DNA from: Lepidodermella squamata
Lineage: Eukaryota > Animalia > Gastrotricha
Reading direction: 5' to 3'
Assembly: GCA_047495785.1 (NCBI GenBank)
Contig: JBLDXI010000016.1
Span: 186,001-250,000 of the forward strand
DNA length: 64,000 nucleotides
Every line of letters begins with the position of its first letter. Position 1 is the stretch's first letter. The position numbers and the translations under genes were made by a program. The notes below the pieces were generated by a model. The model did no database searches. It saw only the letters and a list, made by a program, of their open reading frames with translations, and was not told the DNA's origin. Below are positions 33,760-46,153 of this stretch, in pieces.

Positions 33760-34905
33760 TCAGATGAAACCTGTGTTTCTCGCGACCATCACGGCATAAC
33801 CATTGATCGCGATGAAGAAGATGAGCGTCAGCGCTAGTGCGATGAGATCGATAAATCTACCAATAGTCATTCCAGTTTTACCGACAAATGGCAGAAAATT
33901 GGCTGTTTTGTTGAAATAAGATTTGTAAGCCCTTGTAAAGCCACACGAAGCCAAGGAATATATAGTACAGGCCCAAGCGAAAAAGGAGCATAGATCTGTG
34001 TAGTTGCTTAAGAAGACTCGTTGAGGTTTTGGTGGGATTCGGCTAATCACGCTAGATTGAACGACAGTCATAGCTAGCATGATGGTGACTGCAAACACCG
34101 GCCTATCTGGTATATCCGGCAGTAGAAAGAAAGCAGCGATCTGAAGGCTGGACAGAACCAAACATGGGATCATCAGATTGTTGAAGTAGAACTCGGGATT
34201 TCGCCGGAAGTAAAGCGTGAAATCTGCTATGCTGCGATTGCCGAAAAGGTTTACGACATTAATACTGTAGTTCCATCCGAGGTATTCCCATCCAAAACCT
34301 GGACCCAAAAAATCTTCATCCACCACTGAATCTACGGATGGAGCCCATTCACAAGCCTTCATATCTTCGGTCAAGATGAATGAAACTGTGCACGATTGGG
34401 TATCGAAGGGGAATAGCGTGAAATCCATGGGGCAAAGCGAAGTGAAAACGCCCACCCGCTGCCAATGGCTTCGCACAGCACCACTAGGGGTTTTATGATC
34501 GCGCATCAGAACTTGCCGCTCGGCAAAACCATTTGTCATTGAGAAGTCTGAAATGGCATTTTTGTGAATGAAATGAGGCATCCAAGTTTGATCCTTTTCA
34601 ACGTAGACAGTGTAAAAAGGCGGTCTGGTGTAGTTTTGGCAAGGAGCAACCCAGCGTAGGGCCAAAGCTGCTGACATGGCCATGGTTTCATCGGCATCGA
34701 TAATAGAGTGAAAGCGATGCGGCTGGAAACCAATCGACACCTGCTGCTTGTTACATGGTGCAGGTCCGTCGTAATTACCTTCCGGGCAGGTCGGGTTGTA
34801 GGCGCCAAATCGCAAGCTCATGCATGACTCGAGCATTTCAGTGAGAATGTCGGCTGAACAGCTAGTCATCATCAAGGTAAGGTATATAGCTGATCCGAAT
34901 ACCAT
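33760..34905 (-). CDS. Non-canonical Cys-loop receptor subunit, copy 13 (paralog of 14)
   Basis: First ATG at 34905; Cys-loop CPMDFTLFPFDTQSC; 4 TM. Confidence 0.93.
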   Translation of the reverse strand: MVFGSAIYLTLMMTSCSADILTEMLESCMSLRFGAYNPTCPEGNYDGPAPCNKQQVSIGFQPHRFHSIIDADETMAMSAALALRWVAPCQNYTRPPFYTVYVEKDQTWMPHFIHKNAISDFSMTNGFAERQVLMRDHKTPSGAVRSHWQRVGVFTSLCPMDFTLFPFDTQSCTVSFILTEDMKACEWAPSVDSVVDEDFLGPGFGWEYLGWNYSINVVNLFGNRSIADFTLYFRRNPEFYFNNLMIPCLVLSSLQIAAFFLLPDIPDRPVFAVTIMLAMTVVQSSVISRIPPKPQRVFLSNYTDLCSFFAWACTIYSLASCGFTRAYKSYFNKTANFLPFVGKTGMTIGRFIDLIALALTLIFFIAINGYAVMVARNTGFI

Positions 34906-35741
34906 TTTTAACAATGAAATATTGGTCGCTACTCATATATAAAGGAAGTGAAGAAGTAAGTCACTTGTAGTTACATATTTTATATTTTTTATTGTAGTAC
35001 ATATTTGATCTGAATTGGGAAGGATTTATTCTTTTTCCTAATAGGCTTCATTTGTGGGCATTTCAACAGATTTCTCGGTGGAAAAACCTTAATTTGTAGG
35101 AACTAAATTACTATGATTGAAATAATCAACTCAGGAATTCCCGGCTTTGCAACATTCCGTTTTTATGAGGAAGTTTACAATTTGAACCGCCCCACTCTGG
35201 CAGAACGTCGAATTTGAATTACAATCGGTGACTATTTATTTCCCACAAATATTTATGTCGGTACATAACGTGTATAATATCATGATACTATTTACATTGG
35301 AATTATTTTATTTACACTACGGGTTGGAAATAATATAAAATCCAGCTTTTAGCTCGAAAAGGTAAATCGCGTGCCAAAAGTAGCAGTGCTATTTATATAA
35401 AACTGCTTATCTTTTTATTGAACATCCTGTATTCATATGTATACTGTATACATGGGATATATAAAACATAAAGGAAGCAAGGTCCCTCGGTTTCTATTGA
35501 CCACGATCGCTCCAGTTGAGGTCTTGGGTTTCGATGTTGGGCTTAGCCTCTAATTTTGCTGCCAACTTCCGCAGACGATCCTCCATCCGAACTTTCTCAG
35601 CCATTACTTCGCACAATAACTTTAACAGCTCCCCAGCTTAGTAGGTCTGCAGCGACTTCACCTGAAAAAAAAATTCAAAATGGAAAGTAAATCCCAGATA
35701 AACCCTCTTAGCCATTATGGGGGCAATTCAAACTTGTTGAC

Positions 35742-35897
35742 CAGTGACCCGACCAGGTCCAGCTCTGAGGGGGGTAAATAGAGCCATTTCGAGCCCAAAA
35801 TTAGCAAATCAACAGGGGGGACCCTTACGTTTTTCAGAAATTTTCGAACGCCAGGGGGGGTTGTTTACCCCCCTTCCCCCCCGAACTCGGAGCACTG
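35742..35897. mobile_element. Small hAT-type MITE
   Basis: cagtgacccga...tcggagcactg termini with perfect 8-bp target-site duplication ttgttgac (35734-35741 and 35898-35905). Confidence 0.8.
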
Positions 35898-36343
35898 TTG
35901 TTGACTTATGCGGCCCGGAAATCACGGAAATCATGAGCGATTGGAGGCTCAGCATGTTCGCTAGATTCTCAGTAAATTGGGATGTAAGAGAAAAAACCAA
36001 CGTCATTAGAAGGGTTGGGGCCGGTTTGGGACAAGACTAAATGATACATAGCTGCGATGGCACCGACATCATCAGTCTGGCTCGGCAGCAGCTCAAGATT
36101 CAATCCGCGTTGGCAGGATTTTCCAATGAAACGAACACGGTCACTGATTAAACCACCCAACCAAGGTGATTTATAATTACAGCGGCTGATTGGTGAGGGA
36201 TCAACTAGCAAAACGAACAGCGAATTCACCAGAAGTATTCAGGGACCTCGTGAGATTTCAGGGCGTTTTTGAGTATTAGAGAAAACCCCTTTAAATGTTT
36301 GGAGCCGATGAGCCGACGAATTACATTTGTATTTCCAACAATA

Positions 36344-36786
36344 CCGTATTTCATCAAATAATAGCCATGGCTAATATTTTTTCCGAAACTCCGAAAATGG
36401 TCCAAAAAAGAGGCAATTGTTCGAGGGGGCTATTATTCGAGGGGGGCTATTATTTATTGGCAATTGGCAAATTTCATCATCGCAAGTCTTTTGCTCTGTT
36501 GAATTGTCTGTTTCCTGACCCACGCTGCTAATTAATCCTCGACATCCACAAACAACGGCTTACATCCACTACGTTTAATCCGCTTAGGAATGTAAGGCGA
36601 AAGGCGACGCAAGTAGGACAGCTTTTTCCCTCCTCCAGCGCGCCGCCTGCTTCGGACAAGGCATGGTGTGGCTATTAGTCGAGGGGGGCTATTATTTATT
36701 TCTAAATGCTCAAAACCCCCGAAAATTTCGGGCTATTATTCGAGGGGGCTTTTATTCGAGGGAAGCTATTGATCGATGAAATACGG
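36344..36786. mobile_element. Tc1/mariner(pogo)-type MITE
   Basis: TIRs ccgtatttcatc.., TA on both flanks, internal tattattcgagggggc sub-repeats; same CCGTATT end type as 5440-5875. Confidence 0.8.
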
Positions 36787-37847
36787 TACAGTGTAAATTT
36801 TGGTTCTAACAATGTTTAAGATTGAGGGAATTATAACAACAGATTATAGAGCGTATCAATTCACCCTATTCGTTCATCTGAGCGTGCAAGATAACTTTAT
36901 GTTTCACAGTATTTTAGCTTCAATCATAGGTGAATGTTGTTTCTCGCATATTGAGCTAATTTTCCTGCTATGTTGCCACTGGAGTAATGATATATAAGCC
37001 AACGGGGGCTCATTGCCGTATATTTTATTAAGCGTTTTCGTGTTGCATTTTTATTCGCCGTAATCTTGCGACTAATGGCAATATCATATGATCGAGGAAA
37101 TAGACAAGATTCGTGTACGTGAGGCAAAACATGAGTTTTCAGCCATGACAACAATGCCCTTCTCCATTCTCCAAATGCAGTCAAAAAAAAACGAAAACGA
37201 AAAGCTTTTTATTTTGTCCTTTTTCCAGATGAATGATGCCTAACGAAAATGTACAATTTGGAGGGAAAGAAAAAAGGCACAGGCACAGCACGAAAAGGCG
37301 CTTGTCCGGGACAGTGCGCCACTCATAACACCGGACGGGCACATACTGAAATTATCACAAGGAGCGGAATTATCAGACACAGTAGAAGACAGAAGGCTAA
37401 TGATTAGTGGTAGGACAGCGGAGACGGAAGGTAGAGGACGTGAGAGGAAGAAACAGGGAAATCAGAAATAAGCAGGAAAGCAGGAAAGCAAAAAGACTCA
37501 AAATTAGAAATAAATTAGGCAAGAATTCATGCCTTGATTTAAGTTTATTGATTTATTCAGCAGATAAGCTGTGTTTCGATTGATTGGGCGGTTTCTTTTG
37601 AGAAATGCTTAGATTTACTTATTGCCGCGTTATGCTCGGTTAAGGCTTACGGCTGTGGTCTCCGATACTGTCTACAGTGATAGTCAAAAGATCCGCACGG
37701 TGGAATTGAGGCGATGCTAGTTGAAATTTTTCGCACGTGCGAAATGAGGCTGTTTATTCCAAGCAAAACGGACCAAAATGACGCCTTTTTCACGATCTCC
37801 AAAAATAGCTCCAAGGAAATGGGGATAGTTTCAATAATATGCATATA

Positions 37848-40800
37848 CAGGGTGTTTCAGAACTCGCGCACTATACGAATCGCATGCGGCAAATGCGCGC
37901 GCATTGTTATGCATTGTTATGCGCCTATAGAGTTATACGCGTATACTACTTTACCTATAAAAGTACTACGCACTACTGTAATAAGCATATAAAATATGCG
38001 TAAAACACAAATGTACAGCATACATAATAGCACTGCCGAGCTATTTTCTGGCGGGAACGTTCGAGCCTCGATAAATTTGAACTGAGTTTCATTAAATATC
38101 TTTTTTATTTCGAGGATGATGTCATGGTTTTCTGAAACATGCTGATTGATTGGACTCTGAAGCAAGAGGTTTCGAAACAATTTCTCAATTTCCGTGGCTA
38201 GATATTTCAGAAACTGATGATTTCTGAGAAAATTCTGATTTTACTTGATTTTAAATTCGTCGAAAAATTGATGATTGATTAGTTTCCTGCCTTTGCATCA
38301 TTATTATTTTCACGTTGCGTGAATACAAGACTCCGACTGCACAAGTTTAGAAAAAATGACGTAGTTTGAACCACTGGCTTGAGTTCTACATCGAGTAAAG
38401 AACGAAAATCAAGATTTCCAGTTCATTACGTCGAATAAACGCAGCGATTCCATTTCGTGGATAACTAATCAAAATTGTCACAAAATAACAACCAAGAACA
38501 TTAGGAGAAAATGATGTACGGTAAAGACCAAAATACTCATGGCTAGAATTTTCATGATCTCCCGAAAACCCAAGAAAAAGTGAAAAATTGATGTTTTCCA
38601 GACTTTAAGCTACTGCATCTCCGAAAGACCGAGGGTGACAATTGCATTTTTTCATATCACAAGAAAGCCAAAGACGTCCTCTACATGGCTGTTTGGTCGC
38701 GCTGAAATTCTATCCACAGGGTTCGCAAGGAATCGCATGTCAAATGTCACGAAAATCGTCGTAGTTGGGCCGTTTTCGGCCGCAAACGGGTCATCTTTGC
38801 GACCCTCCCATTCAAGAACCCGTGGATGAATTTTTGATTTCTTGACATCGTTAGATAGCTGAAGACCTGGTCTACAAGGCTGGCGGGTCGCGCAAAAAGT
38901 CTATCCACAGGATTCGCAAGGAGACGCGGGTCAAATGTCACAAAAATCGTCGTAGTTGGGCCGTTTTGAGCCGCAAACGGGTCATCCTTACCTCCCTCCA
39001 GTTCGAGAACCCGTGGATGAATTTTTGATTTCTTGACATCGTTAGATAGCTGAAGACCTGGTCTACAAGGCTGGCGGGTCGCGCAAAAAGTCTATCCACA
39101 GGATTCGCAAGGAGACGCGGGTCAAATGTCACAAAAATCGTCGTAGTTGGGCCGTTTTGAGCCGCAAACGGGTCATCCTTACCTCCCTCCAGTTCGAGAA
39201 CCCGTGGATGAATTTTTGATTTCTTGACATCGTTAGATAGCTGAAGACCTGGTCTACAAGGCTGGCGGGTCGCGCAAAAAGTCTATCCACAGGATTCGCA
39301 AGGAGACGCGGGTCAAATGTCACAAAAATCGTCGTAGTTGGGCCGTTTTGAGCCGCAAACGGGTCATCCTTACCTCCCTCCAGTTCGAGAACCCGTGGAT
39401 GAATTTTTGATTTCTTGACATCGTTAGATAGCTGAAGACCTGGTCTACAAGGCTGGCGGGTCGCGCAAAAAGTCTATCCACAGGATTCGCAAGGAGACGC
39501 GGGTCAAATGTCACAAAAATCGTCGTAGTTGGGCCGTTTTGAGCCGCAAACGGGTCATCCTTACCTCCCTCCAGTTCGAGAACCCGTGGATGAATTTTTG
39601 ATTTCTTGACATCGTTAGATAGCTGAAGACCTGGTCTACAAGGCTGGCGGGTCGCGCAAAAAGTCTATCCACAGGATTCGCAAGGAGACGCGGGTCAAAT
39701 GTCACAAAAATCGTCGTAGTTGGGCCGTTTTGAGCCGCAAACGGGTCATCCTTACCTCCCTCCAGTTCGAGAACCCGTGGATGAATTTTTGATTTCTTGA
39801 CATCGTTAGATAGCTGAAGACCTGGTCTACAAGGCTGGCGGGTCGCGCAAAAAGTCTATCCACAGGATTCGCAAGGAGACGCGGGTCAAATGTCACAAAA
39901 ATCGTCGTAGTTGGGCCGTTTTGAGCCGCAAACGGGTCATCCTTACCTCCCTCCAGTTCGAGAACCCGTGGATGAATTTTTGATTTCTTGACATCGTTAG
40001 ATAGCTGAAGACCTGGTCTACAAGGCTGGCGGGTCGCGCAAAAAGTCTATCCACAGGATTCGCAAGGAGACGCGGGTCAAATGTCACAAAAATCGTCGTA
40101 GTTGGGCCGTTTTGAGCCGCAAACGGGTCATCCTTACCTCCCTCCAGTTCGAGAACCCGTGGATGAATTTTTGATTTCTTGACATCGTTAGATAGCTGAA
40201 GACCTGGTCTACAAGGCTGGCGGGTCGCGCAAAAAGTCTATCCACAGGATTCGCAAGGAGACGCGGGTCAAATGTCACAAAAATCGTCGTAGTTGGGCCG
40301 TTTTGAGCCGCAAACGGGTCATCCTTACCTCCCTCCAGTTCGAGAACCCGTGGATGAATTTTTGATTTCTTGACATCGTTAGATAGCTGAAGACCTGGTC
40401 TACAAGGCTGGCGGGTCGCGCCAAAGGTCTATCCACATGGTTCGCAAGGAATCGCATGTCAAATGTCACAAAAATCGTCGTAGTTGGGCCGTTTTGAGCC
40501 GCAAACGGGTCATCCTTACCTCCCTCCAGTTCGAGAACCCGTGGATGAATTTTTGATTTCTTGACATCGTTAGATAGCTGAAGACCTGGTCTACAAGGCT
40601 GGCGGGTCGCGCAAAAAGTCTATCCACAGGATTCGCAAGGAGACGCGGGTCAAATGTCACAAAAATCGTCGTAGTTGGGCCGTTTTGAGCCGCAAACGGG
40701 TCATCATAGCGACCCTCCCATCCGAGATCCCGTGGAAGGATTTTCGATTTCTTGATATCGCTAGAAAGCCCAAGAGCTGTTCTACCTGGCTGGTTGGTCG

Positions 40801-41544
40801 CGCAAAAAGTCTACCCACGGGTTTTGCATGGAATCGCATATCAAATGTCGCAAAATTCGTCGTAGAGAGGCTGTTTAAGGTAACGTCAATGTTTTTTCGT
40901 TTATTCTTATGCAAAAGGTAAACGACGTTTTGCTGTGGAAGCGACCAAGTTTTTGCTCACAAATTTTAGCTCACAGAAATTTTTAAACTCAATCAGAGTG
41001 TTGCAACATTTTACCTTTTTCAGTTCTTCTCAATTTTTACTGCTTTTTCAAGAGTGAATGAACGTGAAATCAAATTCATGGAATGAAACAACAGCAACGA
41101 CGTAAAAATCACATCATCTGGAATAAATTTTATTATATTTGTATTTAAAACTCGAAATGTATTCATAGCCGCATTAAGGATCTGTCCTATTGGAGAATTC
41201 TTCATTGGGAAATCGGCAAATTTCCAGATATTTTGCAAGAGCAAGTCTTATTTCTTAGCGGTATCCCCATTACTGCAGCAGCGTTACGGTATATACGCGT
41301 TCGATTTGCGCATTTTATAATGCGCGCATACCGCTTGTACGCCGTTTCGGCGTATAACGCCAACTACATAGCATGTGCGCATTACACGCATAACCGTTTG
41401 CGCTAGCCGCGCTTTATAATATGCTGTGCAAGAATATAAACATATGTGCGCGGAATGTATGCACAGCGCGCGCACGTTTACTCTGGATACCAAGGCAACC
41501 ATTTGCCGCAGGTTATTCTGATGCGCAAGTTCTGAAACACCCTG
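37848..41544. mobile_element. Non-autonomous Tc1/mariner-type TIR element (~3.7 kb) carrying an internal tandem array
   Basis: cagggtgtttcagaactYgcgca TIRs at both ends with flanking TA; no transposase ORF. Confidence 0.82.
38645..40865. repeat. 191-bp tandem repeat, ~11.5 copies
   Basis: Identical 64-aa pseudo-ORFs recur every 191 bp (38938, 39129 ... 40657); internal units near-identical, terminal units diverged. Confidence 0.97.
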
Positions 41545-42395
41545 TATTCATGAGATGTCATGAAACTAGGACATTCTTAGATAAGAGCCAAAAATTGCAG
41601 ACAAATTTGAGCAATTAGAGTAAGGTTATAACAAATCAAAAATAATTTTTCCATAATTTTTCTGACATAATTATCAACTTTGAGGGCTTCGGAATATTAA
41701 TTAGCACCATATGAATATTCATATTTTTAAAACTATTAAAACTTCTTGGTGTGTCCGAGTTACACTTTTTGTTTTTAGCTGAGCTTAACCCAAGCTTGGA
41801 GCTAAAAATAGTTCGGGCGTGTGTGAGATATTTTTAGTTTCAACTCAACAAATTCCTGACCGTGCGTAACTTTTGATTTTCACTGTATGTTTGCCTGATG
41901 ACGTCAAGGACAATTACCCAACAAACTACCTCAGGACAAATTATTAAATGAGTACCTATGAATCTAGAAATTGATGAATTCAAATCATTCTTATTTATTT
42001 ATTCAAATGCATGAATCCTAAGGTTGATGGCACGATAACGAAAAATATTTCAGAAATAAAAAGTTACGAATGTTCAGCCCTTTTCGGTTTCAGGGTTTCT
42101 TAATAGAAAAATACAATGACGTTCAGGGATCCCGACAATTCATCTCCTTCGGGTTGTTCTGCAAAGCTCCAATTTAGCATTTGTATTGTAAAATTGGTTC
42201 ACGTATGAAACGTCAAATCATGGGACTCATCTCGGCAGGAAAGAGGCAGTGTCTAAAACGAAACGTTCTACATGGAGTTCTAATAGTACATCAATTATCC
42301 TATTTTTACGGTAGCTGTATCCGCCATTTTCGAGCATTTCTTCCTTACTTGTATGATATAGTTCAAGTAGATATCAGCTGACGACATCCAACGAC

Positions 42396-43163
42396 CAGTG
42401 CTTTGGATTTGATTTGATTTGATTTAAACCTTAAATCACGAATCACTTCAACTCAATCAAAATCAATCATTTGCTGGAATTTTTCAAGTTAAATCAATCA
42501 AAATCAATCACAAGGGAATGTAAATCAGGATTAAATCATCCTTTATTCATCGAATCCTCATCTCACCATAACAGAGTGTTTCAATGAGAGTATCACATGC
42601 GATCAAATTGCACTTGCGATGAATAAGAATTATAAAGCCTAGCTGCTAATGCAAAAAAACGAGTGCTGCCTCGTGCAAGAGCCTATCATTGCCCGTAATA
42701 AACACCACACCGCCTCACATTGCCACATTTTTGGTCTGCGGTTTGAGTTTGGCACGCGATTTTTTGTTACTTCCTCCTTTTGAGCACACATGCATGTACA
42801 CGCAAGAAGTAAAGTAGGCTCAACTAAATCGCTATAAATCAAGCACCTTAAATCAAAATCAATCTAAATTTATTTATTTATTTATAAGCTTTAACGCCCA
42901 GAAGAGGGCAGCTTGACAAGAGGTAATTTGAAAGTGAAACATGTAATTGCAGGACAGTTTACAGATGAATAGGACATTGGCAAATGATAACAAAAATTGC
43001 TTTTTACGAGTGCAGATAGTGTAGTAGTGATGTAACAACAATTTTTAGGCGATCGCAAGATTTGATGAAATCATCGCATTACTATGTTAAATCAATCAAA
43101 TCAAATCACGGGTAGCCAAAACGCCTATAAATCAAATCAAATCAAATCAAATCCAAAGCACTG
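42396..43163. mobile_element. hAT-type MITE with (gattt)n sub-terminal repeats
   Basis: TIRs cagtgctttggatttgatttgattt / aaatcaaatcaaatccaaagcactg and perfect 8-bp TSD ccaacgac (42388-42395, 43164-43171). Confidence 0.88.
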
Positions 43164-44378
43164 CCAACGACTACCCTCGGCTCTAGTTTAAAGAGAGATC
43201 CCAAGAAAAGTGAAAACCTAAGAACCGCAACGTCAGTCATTCTCCGACGCATTGACATTGAATGCGGCGTTTCTGGGACTGTAAATCAAGCTGACAGGAA
43301 GACGTGTCGCAGACTATGGAGCCAATGACACATCCTCGATTGCGTACCAGCTGGTAATCCACCCAAGACCGCAGTTTCTTCCCTCTCGGTGTAAGATGCT
43401 ATTCGCCGACAATCAAGATATGAAGATATGGCTACAAAGCTTGGGGCCAGGGGACCATGGTACGATCATCAATCGTGGGAATGGTTAACTCAAAAGCCTT
43501 GCGATGATGTCTGATGTCTGATAAAGAGTATGAGAATGAGTATCATCGGATGGAAAAACATGATGGTTTTATCAATCGATTTAAATTGAAAATTTATATT
43601 TTTCAAAAATGCTATTTTTGTATCAGTGGCCTGATGTGGCCTGAGTTGATTGTCTCACTTGCCAGAGGTTTCATTTCACGTTTTTTTTAGAGATGGTCGG
43701 TGATGGATCAAGTCACCAATTCCTGAAAAAAAAACATTGTACGACTCCAAAACGGAAGGCTTCGTAAAGTTGACACAGATCATTCAAAAAATTCCGAATA
43801 ATCATTTCGGATCGTGGTTGGTGGATAAGACCTCCTCTGTAGGCGCTAAGTCGAATTTCACTGTTGTTGTACGACGCGTTATTGACCTAGCTCCCTGCTA
43901 AAATTTCGATGAAGCCTTTTCACAGCATTATGCCATCCAATGTAAAATCCTGTAAAATTCCATTTTTCAAACATCAGAATTTTTAATAAAAATCGCTGCC
44001 AGCATTTTCTTCATCACCTTTATCTCTCATCGAACCCCATTCTAACGAAAATGTGAGGAAACTTTTACGCAGACTGGATTTATCGACCGGTGAAAACCGC
44101 TTCGAAAAGTTTCTCATGGTTATGAAGTTATTGAAAACTGTGATGCAACAAATACATATTACGCATACTTTATTGTGGGAATCACGAAGGAACTAACAAT
44201 ATAGCAAATAGAAAATTTAGCAAATAGGGCCCACCTCCGAAAAATGCAGCATATAAAAGGTTGGGGATTAGATGCCAGTTGAAGAAATAAAACTTGACAA
44301 ACCGATGAACAGATTCTAAACTCTAATTTGCCGTTAATTTTGAGTGCAATCATGTATCAGTAGGTGATGACCTCGAGC

Positions 44379-45524
44379 TCAGATGAAACCTGTGTTCCTC
44401 GCAATCACCACGGCGTATGCATTAATTGCAACGAAGAAGACAACCGTCACACCGAGTGCAATGAGATCGATAAATCTTCCGATTGTTAGGCCAGTTTTAC
44501 TGAGAAATGGCACGAATTTGGCCGGTTTCTTGAAATATGATTTGTAAGCCCTGGTAAATCCGCAAGAGGCTAAGGAATATATGGTACACGCCCAAGCGAA
44601 AAACGAGCACAGGTCCGTGTAGTTGCTCAAGAAGACTCGTTGAGGCTTTGGCGGGATTTGGCTGACCACGCTTGATTGCATGAATGTCATAGCTAATAGA
44701 ATAGTGACCGCAAAAACCGGCCTATCGGGTATATCCGGCAGGAGAAAGAAAGCAGCGATCTGAAGGCTGGACAGAACTAAACATGGGATCATCAGGTTGT
44801 TGATGTAGAATTGAGGCCTCCGTTGGAAAAAAAGCCGGAAATTGGCCACGCTTCGATTGCCGAACACGTTCACCACAGTGATACTGTGGTTCCATCCGAG
44901 GTAGTCCCATTCCAACCCAGGTGCCATGAATAATTCGTCCACTGCCGATTCTACTGAGGAGACCCATTCACACGCCCTCATATCTTCAGTCAATATGAAT
45001 GAAACTTTGCAAGATTGAGTGTCGAAAGGGAATAGGGTGAAATCCATAGGACAAAGGGAAGTGAAAACGCCCACCCGCTGCCAATAGCTTCTGATAACAC
45101 TACGAGGGCTTTTGAAATCGCGCATGAGAACTTGCCGCTCGGCAAAACCATTTGTCATTGAGAAGTCTGAAATGGCGTTTTTGTGAATGAAATGAGGCAT
45201 CCAAGTTTGATCTTTCCCGACGTAGACGGTATAAAAAGGCGGCCTGGTGTAGTTGGGGCATGGAGCCAGCCAAATGAGAGTCAAAGCGCCTGACATTGTC
45301 ATGGTTTCATCCGCATCGATAATTGAGTGGAAACGATGTGGCTGAAAACCAATCGACACCTGCTGCTTGTTACATGGCGCAGGTCCGTCGTAATTACCTT
45401 CCGGGCAGGTCGGGTTGTAGGCGCCAAATCGCAAGCTCATACATGACTCGAGTATTTCATTCAGAATGTCGGCTGAACAGCTACTCACCATCATGATAAA
45501 ATATAAAGCTGGCCAAAAATCCAT
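44379..45524 (-). CDS. Non-canonical Cys-loop receptor subunit, copy 14
   Basis: First ATG at 45524; Cys-loop CPMDFTLFPFDTQSC; 4 TM. Confidence 0.93.
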   Translation of the reverse strand: MDFWPALYFIMMVSSCSADILNEILESCMSLRFGAYNPTCPEGNYDGPAPCNKQQVSIGFQPHRFHSIIDADETMTMSGALTLIWLAPCPNYTRPPFYTVYVGKDQTWMPHFIHKNAISDFSMTNGFAERQVLMRDFKSPRSVIRSYWQRVGVFTSLCPMDFTLFPFDTQSCKVSFILTEDMRACEWVSSVESAVDELFMAPGLEWDYLGWNHSITVVNVFGNRSVANFRLFFQRRPQFYINNLMIPCLVLSSLQIAAFFLLPDIPDRPVFAVTILLAMTFMQSSVVSQIPPKPQRVFLSNYTDLCSFFAWACTIYSLASCGFTRAYKSYFKKPAKFVPFLSKTGLTIGRFIDLIALGVTVVFFVAINAYAVVIARNTGFI

Positions 45525-46153
45525 TACTGTTGAAACACTGAACACTTTGGATAAATGAAAATAGATGAGACGAGCTAGGGCCTTCGATCTGAAGTCGCGA
45601 TTACCCAGAGGCTGAGCATTCTCGCGAGATGCTCAGGAAAGGCGGATGTAGGCAAATAAACCACGGTTATTTGATATTTGCTTCATATTTTTCATTTAGT
45701 TTTACAAAGCGATATATGGTAATATACGAGGCTCAGCCGTATCAGAAAGTATTTTCTGAGCATACTAATAAATTGACTGGAACTCCAAAGGTGGTGAAGG
45801 TACACAATAACATGATTTATTAGCTCAAAAACCCTAAAAACTCACTGTTGGGGCCTTTTGAGCTAATAAAACAGTTTTTCAGTAATGAATCTCAGTAATG
45901 TAATTATACAGGCATAAAAGACATCAATAATCTTATAATTACATTTTATTTCATATGTTATTATCCTTTTTTCCAAAATATATCAGCATAAAATTCAACC
46001 GACATATTAAGTCCGTTTCATCAGAAATTATATTTTATATTTTCTCAATGCTGGTATATATAAGTGAAAATAAGAATTCAAAAAGAATTCCACGATCACG
46101 AAAGCAGAGATTAGATTGAATTAGATAAATGTGGGCCTCGCAAATTTACTGTC

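Noticed and set aside
35470-36250. Possible relic gene (CNYKSPWLGGL zinc-finger-like peptide, coiled-coil fragment)
   Set aside because: Interrupted by stops and a MITE; no complete motif to support a call
38645-40865. CRISPR array or repeated 64-aa peptide genes
   Set aside because: Units are identical end to end with no unique spacers; the 191-bp period is not a multiple of 3; the ORFs are artefacts of the tandem repeat; eukaryotic context with no cas genes
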